Positions 50,447 through 59,009 of a DNA stretch of 64,000 nt are shown here, piece by piece. This DNA is from Candidatus Bathyarchaeia archaeon (lineage in GTDB: Archaea > Thermoproteota > Bathyarchaeia > Bathyarchaeales > Bathycorpusculaceae), in contig JBEKKK010000001.1 of the NCBI GenBank assembly GCA_050010755.1, positions 608,001 to 672,000 of the forward strand. The letters are read 5' to 3'. Positions within the stretch are counted from its first letter, which is position 1. Every line of letters starts with the position of its first letter. A model generated the notes under the pieces. The model was not told the origin of the DNA and did not search any database. It saw only the letters and a program-made list of their open reading frames with translations. Position numbers and translations under genes: made by a program.

Positions 50447-51464
50447 CAATTCTTGGATTCCATGAATCTCTTTCATTTCTCAGATACATGGCAAGCAGTA
50501 GAGCCTCTTCGTTAATCAGGGTCTCGATTTCTTGCTGTTCCCCTCTTCTAACTCTTGGAAGAACTATTTTATTCTCGAAATATTGATTCAAACTTTTAAC
50601 GAAACTAAGTGTTTGAAAGTCTTTCAAATATTCTCTTTTTCCTTTTCTGTTTGCTGAGAAATCTTCTTTCTTAACGGTAAAATCTTGTTTGTGAAGGTTG
50701 CCACAGTATTCAATTATGAAATCATCCACTAAATGGCGATAGAGTTCTTGGAAGTCACAGATTAGGCTAGGCTTTCCTTTTGCTATGCTGTGCAAGAATC
50801 CCAGATAAGGTTCAAGCTTTGCTTTGATTAGTGCATACTGAACCTTCCACGATAGAATCTCATAGCCCAAATTGAAGAGGTTGTTTATTCCATCGTAAGC
50901 CTTGAATGTTTTTCTAGAATCAGGTCTGAGAGAGTAAGAGAACAAACCAAATATTTGAGCAAAATAATTTTCTGAGTAGTGGCCTTCAATGCTCATTAGT
51001 CTAGTTCTGAGTTTTGCGTTATCCTCAGCATCTAAATTCTTTATTTTTTCCACAACTGAATAATCATGTTTTCTTAATCCGTATTTGCTGAGAACTTGAT
51101 TTTGTCCTTCAAGCTTAGAGAGAACGAGTTGTTTAGCTATTTGTTTTCCTTTCTGAGCGTTCAATGCTTCATACTGAGAAATCCTAGTTTTAACGTGGCT
51201 ATCATCATCTAAAGTTCTGAGCATAGCAACAGGTTTTCCTTTCTGAGTTAGAAACAAACAGTCTATTCCCCAGAATCCGCAACAGGCTAATGCTCCAGAA
51301 GAAATTGTGTTTCCGCTTTTGATTTTGATTTCGTCTATGAGGTTTTCAAACAGTGGATACCTGTCTGTTTGTCCTTCTCTGTTTTTGACTGTGAAGCAGC
51401 CTTTTTCCATTCCCAAATAAGAGCCGAAGCCTTCCAGAGCTATCTTTACGGTTTTAGTCTTCAT
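50436..51464 (-). CDS. cas1: Stand-alone Cas1 integrase (casposase-like)
   Basis: GFGSYLG N-terminus; TRISQY; LMSIEG (Glu), INNLFNLGY, EPYLGFLH (His), SLICDFQELYR (Asp/Glu); no cas2 or array nearby. Confidence 0.95.
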   Translation of the reverse strand: MKTKTVKIALEGFGSYLGMEKGCFTVKNREGQTDRYPLFENLIDEIKIKSGNTISSGALACCGFWGIDCLFLTQKGKPVAMLRTLDDDSHVKTRISQYEALNAQKGKQIAKQLVLSKLEGQNQVLSKYGLRKHDYSVVEKIKNLDAEDNAKLRTRLMSIEGHYSENYFAQIFGLFSYSLRPDSRKTFKAYDGINNLFNLGYEILSWKVQYALIKAKLEPYLGFLHSIAKGKPSLICDFQELYRHLVDDFIIEYCGNLHKQDFTVKKEDFSANRKGKREYLKDFQTLSFVKSLNQYFENKIVLPRVRRGEQQEIETLINEEALLLAMYLRNERDSWNPRIVTF

Positions 51465-51582
51465 TTCTTTCTCCTTCTACGTTAATAAGGCGAGAATGTG
51501 ACTAATATATACCAATAGAAGAATCCTCTAATCTAACTAAATCAGATTCTGTTCGATCTAAATAATTTCTCTACTAACAATT

Positions 51583-51981
51583 CTAGAACTGTGCTCCACT
51601 GTAGAAATATTCAGCGCGTGCGCTTGTGGACGAAACTACTATGTCCAGATTGTACCATTTTGGTGCAGAACTGACATTTTGTAACAAAACAATGTAATCT
51701 CCTAGAGGGATGTTGCGCAGAAATTGAGTTGAAACATTCTGATGGGTAACTCCATCCTGAGCTATGATTTCTAAGGTGTAAACTCCATGTGGATAGGAAC
51801 GCGGAAGCCATGTTGAAAAATACGTAACCATGACAGTTTCGGGAGATTCTACCTTGAGTCCTCCTTCTAAAACACTGATATGAATTTGGTGCTGTGGTAC
51901 CAGTGGTGCAACAAATATCAGTAACGCAATAATTGTGACGACTACTATTGGCATTGCCAAGCGAAGAACCTTTAATGCCAA
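51583..51981 (-). CDS. Small membrane-anchored hypothetical protein
   Basis: N-terminal TM and beta-rich remainder. Confidence 0.6.
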   Translation of the reverse strand: MALKVLRLAMPIVVVTIIALLIFVAPLVPQHQIHISVLEGGLKVESPETVMVTYFSTWLPRSYPHGVYTLEIIAQDGVTHQNVSTQFLRNIPLGDYIVLLQNVSSAPKWYNLDIVVSSTSARAEYFYSGAQF

Positions 51982-52234
51982 AGTTGTTTCTTCCTGAACC
52001 TATGATTAGCCGTTCTCAGAAATAAACCTAAGTGCGTTACAAGGAAATAATTTATTGTGTACGGTGATTGTCTAATCATTGATTTGAGAGACTATCTAAA
52101 GTCATATGTTGAAAAGCTTCGAGATGCGCGCAACACCGAAGCTAGAAGGAATTTTGAGAAACGATTTGACTATCTTAGTTAAGTCTCTCTTTGGGGTTGG
52201 GTTGGGGGTAAAGTTTTATCCTAAAGAAGCAACG

Positions 52235-52381
52235 CGACACACACACCACGCCACCCACAACTACAACCAGAAACACTGACACACTAACACACACTGAGAC
52301 CGATACCGATACCCACCGATACACACAGAGAGACCGGCACACACACTAACACACACTCTAACACACACTCTAACACACACT
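52235..52381 (+). repeat. CA-rich low-complexity tract
   Basis: ACACACTCTAACACACACTCTAACACACAC and similar, next to the GGGTAAAG motif. Confidence 0.8.
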
Positions 52382-52560
52382 GTTTTTCCCCTATTTCCCG
52401 GAAGATCTAACCGGGAAAATAAACGGGGAAGAAAAGGGAAAAAGGTTTTAGTAAAACTAATCCCTATTTGGTCCATCCATCGGGACAGGTATGGAATTTT
52501 CTTTCACAAATCCTTTATAAGGCGATAGGCTGATTCTACAGTTGGAGGAAAGGAGTTAGG

Positions 52561-54849
52561 TTGTCTAGGAAGACTTCTTCGGTTGTATTACTGTTTTTGC
52601 TTCTAATAAGCGCGTTAGTGGTGGCGTATAAGAGTCGGCCAGCAAGTGCGGGTTCTGTAACCGTGAGTGTTCCCGGGACAGCTGGTCAAAATCCTCCTCC
52701 AGATTCTTGGGCTGATTCAGGCATTTCTCTTTCTTCTGGTGACACTGTCTCTATCACTGCGACAGGTCGAGTGAGCTGGGATGGGGGTTATGATTGGGCG
52801 GGTCCAGATGGGGACCCTTCTTGGCCTTCTTCAAGTGGGTTTGAAAATCCTATCTTGCCGGGGGCACCAGTTGGAGCGCTAATAGCCAAGATAGGTGACG
52901 GGCCAATCTTTCTTGTTGGAAGTGGACCTACCCCCGCCAATGGAGAAGGAGAGCTTATCTTCGCTGTAAACGATGAGAATGGCTCCAACTACAACAATGT
53001 TGGCAACTTCACTGTCACCATAGTGATGTCCGTGCCAACCTGTGTCGTCACCTTCACCGAGTCGGGCCTACGCCTACCTGATGGAGCAAACTGGGTCGTC
53101 ACGCTCAACGGCCCTGATGTGGATGAACCATTGTCGTCAAGCACGAACAAAACAGTATTCAATGTACCCCCTAACGTCTATACTTTTTCTGTCACTCCAA
53201 TTGCAGGTTATACCATTTCGCCAGCATCGGGCAGCATAACGGTCAACGGTGCAGGAATTGTGGAGTTTGTTACATTCAGCCCCGTCGTGAGTTTGAAAGG
53301 AATTTCAAGCACGATAACAGGTGCGACAAGTCTTGTTGCGAATACCAACTTCACGTTTCAACAGAATTTCTATTTGTACACGGGCAACAAGGATGCACAA
53401 AACCCGGAAGTGTATTGGTGTCAGAATTGTATGGAAATGAATTTGACGGCCGGCAAGGGGATTTATTCTCGTGCGAGCATGTTTATTTGGTCATGCTATT
53501 GGGAGGGGAACGATATTTATGTCGACAAGAGCAATCCGTTCGACGAATGTCCGAACTATTGGGTAAATATTCCAGGTGACAGCATGGTTTTCAAGTCTTA
53601 TATTGGCACTGACAATAAGCTGCACATGGAAAATGACATAGCTTGGTTTTCGTGGGTATCCAATAAGCTGGTGTTAACCAGTAGCGCCTATATAGCCTGC
53701 GAGTTTATCAGTACCACTTGGAATATTGTCGCTCCCAATTTTGTTATTGTTGGGCCTGCTGGCGGAGGACAAGCTGATTTCAGTAGTGGGTCGGGCACTG
53801 TTACCTGCGAAACAACAACAAATATTGGGGGCACATGGCAGACGGCATTGAACCTCGCTATTGTTGGGTTCCACCAATCAACAGGAGAAAGTTCGACAGG
53901 ATTAATGTTTTTCACAGCTCAAGGACAACCTGCTGGAGGTTTTGGGTATCAATCCGGGGCACAGGATCAAGGGATCTTTTTTGGAATTGACCCTGATGGC
54001 CACTCAACCCAAGCACCTATGGTCAGCAGTTTAGGTAATCCTCCAAAGACCCTTGTTGTCACTGCTCAGTGCCCAGTGTATCTTGACTTGTTTGACGAAC
54101 TCGGAAATTGCGTGGGCTATAATGCGACTTCAGGAACTGTTGATATCCAGATCGACAACGGTGTTTGGATTTCGAACCAGACTTTGCTGGTTTTTGATCC
54201 TTCCGGCACTTATCATCTTGATGTGACTGGTTCGGGTAATGGCACCTATGAGCAGGAAGTATTTTGGCAGGGTACTACTGGACCAACCATTACTGTGCTA
54301 GACTTCAACAGTACCATAACAGAAAACGAAACGCAGGCCTATGTCGTTGGAGCCGAGGCGAATGTGGCCCCGATAAACATTGTGTCTTCCAAAACTGTCG
54401 TGGGCCAAGGCTTTGGTATGCAAGTGAATGCGACAGTTGCAGATTTAGGAGGACCCAACGCGACTTCCGACGTCTCATTGTATGCTAACGGAACCCTAAT
54501 AGGAACCCAGAGTGTCCTTAACGTGTCTGGATGGAACTCGACAACTGCCTGCTTCACATGGAACACCACTGGCATCGCCTATGGAAACTACACTCTCTGG
54601 GCTACTACTGCAAACAACAATAATTGCACAGGCGGCATGGTGACAGTCTCAATTCCGGGCGACATCACGGGTTCGAAGGGTGTGTCCGATGGCAAGGTTG
54701 ACATGCGAGACATAGCAGTAATTGCTAGGTGTTTTGGCTCTAATCCCGGCGACATCAACTGGAACCCCAACGCGGACATCAACGGCGATGGCACGGTCAA
54801 CATGAGAGACATCGCATTAGTGGCCAGACAATTCGGAAACCACGTATAG
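52561..54849 (+). CDS. Secreted multidomain protein: LecA/PA-IL-like lectin, thermopsin-like region, CARDB/Ig domain, C-terminal dockerin
   Basis: WADSGI..GDTVSITATG..GALIAKIG..LIFAVND; FTESGL; YWCQN; GDIT..DGKVDMRDIA..FG..WNPNADINGDGTVNMRDIA. Confidence 0.8.
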   Translation: MSRKTSSVVLLFLLLISALVVAYKSRPASAGSVTVSVPGTAGQNPPPDSWADSGISLSSGDTVSITATGRVSWDGGYDWAGPDGDPSWPSSSGFENPILPGAPVGALIAKIGDGPIFLVGSGPTPANGEGELIFAVNDENGSNYNNVGNFTVTIVMSVPTCVVTFTESGLRLPDGANWVVTLNGPDVDEPLSSSTNKTVFNVPPNVYTFSVTPIAGYTISPASGSITVNGAGIVEFVTFSPVVSLKGISSTITGATSLVANTNFTFQQNFYLYTGNKDAQNPEVYWCQNCMEMNLTAGKGIYSRASMFIWSCYWEGNDIYVDKSNPFDECPNYWVNIPGDSMVFKSYIGTDNKLHMENDIAWFSWVSNKLVLTSSAYIACEFISTTWNIVAPNFVIVGPAGGGQADFSSGSGTVTCETTTNIGGTWQTALNLAIVGFHQSTGESSTGLMFFTAQGQPAGGFGYQSGAQDQGIFFGIDPDGHSTQAPMVSSLGNPPKTLVVTAQCPVYLDLFDELGNCVGYNATSGTVDIQIDNGVWISNQTLLVFDPSGTYHLDVTGSGNGTYEQEVFWQGTTGPTITVLDFNSTITENETQAYVVGAEANVAPINIVSSKTVVGQGFGMQVNATVADLGGPNATSDVSLYANGTLIGTQSVLNVSGWNSTTACFTWNTTGIAYGNYTLWATTANNNNCTGGMVTVSIPGDITGSKGVSDGKVDMRDIAVIARCFGSNPGDINWNPNADINGDGTVNMRDIALVARQFGNHV

Positions 54850-55235
54850 CGCACAGCGCATACAAGTGAATTTGTCGCGTGGCGAGTTGAAAACAAACTC
54901 CACTTTTGGGGCAAAATAGATTAACTCTGGGGAAAATACAAGCGATCTAACTGCCGGAAAAATAATGGATCAAGATCTTCTCCATTGTTTTGTCTTCTTT
55001 CCGAAGTGTCCGCCCTCCTCAATGTGGTAGTATCCGAGTTGGTTCCTGCCACGTCTCTTCTTGGCCTTGATCTCCGGAGCGTCTGGGAACTCTAGATGGA
55101 CGTTGGCTTGCGTGCCTATCAGCTCTTCAGGGGTAAAGTTTTGTCTTCTTCTCTCTCTAAAAAAACCAAATAAAAGAACACACGCGCACGCGTGAATAAT
55201 TTCTTTCAATCAGTCACTATCTCTCTGTGTCTGTC

Positions 55236-56159
55236 TCAGCCACTTAGAGCCTGCATTTCTCTGATTTTGTGAATCATGCTAAGTATCTCTGTGCAATACT
55301 TGTTGACGAAAGGTTTCAAAACCCCGATTCTATTCATATCTTTTTCAAAAGGTGAGAAAACATGTGCACATGCGTCTCCGTGTTGTCTTATTTCTCCCAA
55401 GAATCTAAGGAAGTCTTCCTTGTCTCTGTAGAAAGATTCATTATATCTTCTAAACTCATCGAATTTTGTTCTCATGTTAGGAATTAAACGGTTCAGACTG
55501 TGATGCCTGTTATCTTTGACTGAATAATAGAGGTCTATTTCTTCTTCTCCAAATTTCTGTTGAAGCAAGTCAACTATTAGATTTTCAAATATTTTTCTTA
55601 ATAATACCAATGTTGCATTTGGAAGCTTATAGTAATAAGCGCGATTCGTCTCCATTGCTAAATCAGAATAGAAACCCTCTTCAAACTTGGTCACAACTAA
55701 CAAATCAGAGCTAATCAGGATTTCTCCTTTCTCATTTTTCGGTTCAACATCCATTGTCCCCCGCTCAATCTCATCAAATATGTTTTCTGTTTCTTTGCCA
55801 AAAATATCTTCCATATCTGTGTCTCTAATGGTTTTGTTTAGAAACAAGTGTATTGGCATTCCCTCAGAAATCGCATATCCGTTAACTAACTCTCTTGGAA
55901 GAATAAGAGTGCGCGTTTCACAAGTTTTTCCATTGTCTAGGTAAGATTGCTTCACATCTAGTTCAAAAGTATAATCCTTAGAGATAACACGTTTTATTTG
56001 CCCGTTCCTATCCAGTAGCTCTGCAACTGTGCCAGTTATATCTGGTCTGTTACCAACGTAAAGTTGAAAGCGTCTCCAAATATTATCATCATCAAGGTCA
56101 ATCCCGAATAGAGGTCTATCTGATAAAAGCTTGATTATCTTGACAGTTTCATATGGCAT
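55236..56159 (-). CDS. Hypothetical protein with C-terminal HEPN-like (DUF4145-type) domain
   Basis: ETNRAY..LPNATLVLLRKIFENL and IRQHGDACAH. Confidence 0.65.
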   Translation of the reverse strand: MPYETVKIIKLLSDRPLFGIDLDDDNIWRRFQLYVGNRPDITGTVAELLDRNGQIKRVISKDYTFELDVKQSYLDNGKTCETRTLILPRELVNGYAISEGMPIHLFLNKTIRDTDMEDIFGKETENIFDEIERGTMDVEPKNEKGEILISSDLLVVTKFEEGFYSDLAMETNRAYYYKLPNATLVLLRKIFENLIVDLLQQKFGEEEIDLYYSVKDNRHHSLNRLIPNMRTKFDEFRRYNESFYRDKEDFLRFLGEIRQHGDACAHVFSPFEKDMNRIGVLKPFVNKYCTEILSMIHKIREMQALSG

Positions 56160-56502
56160 TCTCTAACCCGAAAACAATCAGGGATTTTTTGCTTATTTGA
56201 TTTGTCCATGCATGCCTTCTTTGGGCATTAGTCGAAAGCGCGCGCTTGTCTAGTGCGTTCTTATGACCTATGTCATGATGGTAGAAAACCCAAATTCAGA
56301 TGGAAAATTTTATAGGAAAAGCACCTGTAAAATGGCCATGTAGGCGCCGCGCGCGAGATACCGAAACTCGGAAACGCGCGGCGCCAGTAAGGTTTTTTTG
56401 TTATTATTGATTTCAAAAACTCGCCAATCATTATCAGATTACACGCCAATGCGATTAAATCGAATATGCCCATTCAAAGGAAGCTGAAGCCGATTCTGAT
56501 AT

Positions 56503-56826
56503 TTAAGGTTTCCTTATAAAGCGACCCGTCTTGAGGTCTCTGTAACGGTCTTGAGAGCTACCTTTCACAGTGACAACTTCTTGTCTCCATGTTACAGCAA
56601 CCCTGCTTTCACGAGGGGCTGTAGTTCTCCTTTCAACAAAAACGGGAATTCCAAGTTTTCTAGCTTCAACTCTCAACGCTTCATTCTGTCCGTACGTGTC
56701 AAGCCATTTTCGACCAGCCCATGAAGAGAAAGCCAACTTCAAGTGGGGCAAATTTCTGATTCTGTCAACATCAACGACCCGCTCGAACCGTTCAAAACAC
56801 TCTGGAAACTTATCCACGGTTACCAC
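56503..56826 (-). CDS. Small basic MGE/virus-like protein
   Basis: GGAGGT RBS immediately upstream; C-terminal YRDLKTGRFIRKP motif. Confidence 0.65.
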   Translation of the reverse strand: MVTVDKFPECFERFERVVDVDRIRNLPHLKLAFSSWAGRKWLDTYGQNEALRVEARKLGIPVFVERRTTAPRESRVAVTWRQEVVTVKGSSQDRYRDLKTGRFIRKP

Positions 56827-56943
56827 CTCCTAAAAGTATATTGTGCCCTCTTCTTTCCAGACCGATGAAACGAGCGGAGATGTCTCTCGCTAGAGCGCAT
56901 TCAAACGAAAAGCAGATATTCCAAAAAATGCAAACGGTTCAAC

Positions 56944-58041
56944 ATGAAAAGTCAAGTTGAACTTGATGGCATAGTTTATGGAAGGCTCGTTGATGACCTT
57001 AGTAAACTTGAATCTGCCCCTCTTCTTAGGATTACGTTGGTTGAGGCAGTCAAACTTGGCGAACTTATTGGCTTTATCAGAGAATTTGTCCCAGAAGCAT
57101 TCTTCATGTTCGTTGTTCATCGTGTATTCAAGAAAAGCTTCAAACCAGTCCCAGAAGCCCCAATAGCGTCTTGGGAAGACAGAATGCAAAAAGGTTTTCG
57201 AGAGCAGGGTAGTGTAACTGGTGAGTATGACACAGGGTGGGAGCTTATTAATCCCGCCGTTTTTGAGGGACTACCCTTTGGAACCAATCCGAAGGACCTG
57301 CTTGCCTCCTTGAAAGAGAAGCATCAATTCCTGCTACAAACACTCAAAAAAATGCGAAAAGGAACATTCCCGCAACTTTGCTGCATAATTTTGTCGCCAC
57401 ATTGGGAAAAAATGGAAAAAATCGCAGTGAAAGACGCAAAATCAAAGAAGTCGTGTTGGATTCCCGCAAAGAAGTTTATTGCGGAATTTCGTACCGAATC
57501 CAATTCTCAGGGTATTGAGGTTCTGACCTTTCAAGGATTCTGCAATAAGTATCAGAAAGAAATACTAGACAAAGATTTCAGATATGAATGGTCAGAGTAT
57601 CAACGGAAGTTATATTTGGATTTCATGAAACACTTTCCTATGATGGCGTATTCTCTCTGCCATGATGACTACCTCGCATACAAAGACTACCAGAATAAAG
57701 CCGAAGTTGACCTAAATGACGGAAAATATCCGGAAGCAATAGCTATGGATTGCAAAGCACTTGAACACGTTTTGCGGGTTTACTCTTTCATGAAAACCAT
57801 GGAAGAAGCGCCTGAAAAAGAACTTGGCTGGTTTTATCAATCCCTCAAAGCGGATATCATGAAGGAATTCGGCGAGATATATTGCAAGGACTTAGAGCTC
57901 ATTCTATCTTATAGACCTCATGCGGTTCACGCAAAAATCATAAAACAAGAACCGACAGAAATTCACGCACAGGAAGTCCATGACCGAGTTAATCTATTTT
58001 GCAAGACCTTCTTTCACAGAAAATGGAATCTAAGGATTTAG
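56944..58041 (+). CDS. Hypothetical protein with C-terminal HEPN domain (possible defence effector)
   Basis: KAEVDLNDGKYPEAIAMDCKALEHVLR followed by YRPHAVH (Rx4H). Confidence 0.65.
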   Translation: MKSQVELDGIVYGRLVDDLSKLESAPLLRITLVEAVKLGELIGFIREFVPEAFFMFVVHRVFKKSFKPVPEAPIASWEDRMQKGFREQGSVTGEYDTGWELINPAVFEGLPFGTNPKDLLASLKEKHQFLLQTLKKMRKGTFPQLCCIILSPHWEKMEKIAVKDAKSKKSCWIPAKKFIAEFRTESNSQGIEVLTFQGFCNKYQKEILDKDFRYEWSEYQRKLYLDFMKHFPMMAYSLCHDDYLAYKDYQNKAEVDLNDGKYPEAIAMDCKALEHVLRVYSFMKTMEEAPEKELGWFYQSLKADIMKEFGEIYCKDLELILSYRPHAVHAKIIKQEPTEIHAQEVHDRVNLFCKTFFHRKWNLRI

Positions 58042-58238
58042 TGCGCGCGCTCCATCTGCACTTGTTTTGTCTGTTTTGTTTGCGTCGAGGTGTAGAAAGC
58101 AAGAGAGGTATTAACAGTATAAGAGAGAGAGAAAAAGGGTAAAGTTTTATCCAAACCGTGCGCTATGTCTTCCTAAACCAAAAAAAGAAATATAACGCGC
58201 AAACTGCGATGCGTTGGCCAAGTGTTGGCGGTGATGTT

Positions 58239-59009
58239 TTGGCTGATTCTTCCGTATACTCGGTGAAGGAGCCGGTCATCGAAACTTCGAACCTTGTCAA
58301 AGTCTACAAGGAAGGAGCAATTAGAGCTGTAGATGGAGTCAACCTGGAAATAGGGAGAGGGGAAATCTACGCCTTGATCGGCGCGAACGGTTCGGGCAAA
58401 ACCACAATCATCAGCATGCTTACCGGGAGCCTCTTTCCCACATCAGGCGAGATCCGTGTCCTCGGCTTGCAGGTTCCGAAAAAACGCAGAGTCGTCGCCG
58501 CTGCGATCGGTGTGGCTCCGCAGGAATATGCCTTGTACAGCGATTTGACGGTGGAGCAGAACATTTGGTTCTTCGCCAAGCTCTACAACATGGACCGCAG
58601 TTTCTTCCTAAAGAGACTCGACGAACTTTTGCCCATTTTGAGATTGGATGAGCGAAGAAAAACCGCTGTCTACAACCTCTCTGGAGGAATGAAGCGCAGA
58701 GTCAGCATAGCCTGCGCACTCGTACATCAGCCCAGAATCGTGTTCTTCGACGAAGCAACAGTCGGCATTGACCCTGTACTCCGTGCCTTCTTCTGGGACT
58801 ACTTCCGATCGCTGGCCGAAGCCGGATTGACGATTGTTTTGACATCGCACGTTATGGACGAGGCCGAGAGGGCGAACAGGATCGGGCTAATGCGAGCCGG
58901 AAAACTCATCGAGTATGGCACGCCTGAAGAAATCAAGCAGAGACACTCGGCTTCTTCAATCGAGCAGGTTTTCCTCAAACTCAGTGAAGGAGCGGTGGCA
59001 GATGAGTAA
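58239..59009 (+). CDS. ABC-2 type exporter ATPase
   Basis: GANGSGKTT, LSGGMKRR, FDEATVGIDP, TSHVMDEA. Confidence 0.93.
   Translation: MADSSVYSVKEPVIETSNLVKVYKEGAIRAVDGVNLEIGRGEIYALIGANGSGKTTIISMLTGSLFPTSGEIRVLGLQVPKKRRVVAAAIGVAPQEYALYSDLTVEQNIWFFAKLYNMDRSFFLKRLDELLPILRLDERRKTAVYNLSGGMKRRVSIACALVHQPRIVFFDEATVGIDPVLRAFFWDYFRSLAEAGLTIVLTSHVMDEAERANRIGLMRAGKLIEYGTPEEIKQRHSASSIEQVFLKLSEGAVADE

Larger units (their letters stand above)
47711..51500. mobile_element. Candidate Cas1-solo mobile element (casposon-like, no PolB): Cas1, HTH, AAA+ ATPase, basic protein, primase-like protein
   Basis: Visibly AT-richer block with tightly coupled MGE-type genes; boundaries uncertain. Confidence 0.6.

Noticed and set aside
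52261-52476. Cys/Val-rich 71-aa ORF (CVRVCVRVC)
   Set aside because: It is the translation of the CA-rich low-complexity tract.
47711-58055. Canonical casposon
   Set aside because: No family-B DNA polymerase and no TIR-plus-TSD combination could be confirmed; kept only as a casposon-like candidate.
45250-58100. CRISPR array or cas operon associated with cas1
   Set aside because: No regularly spaced 25-40-bp direct repeats and no cas2, cas4 or effector ORFs are visible in the window.
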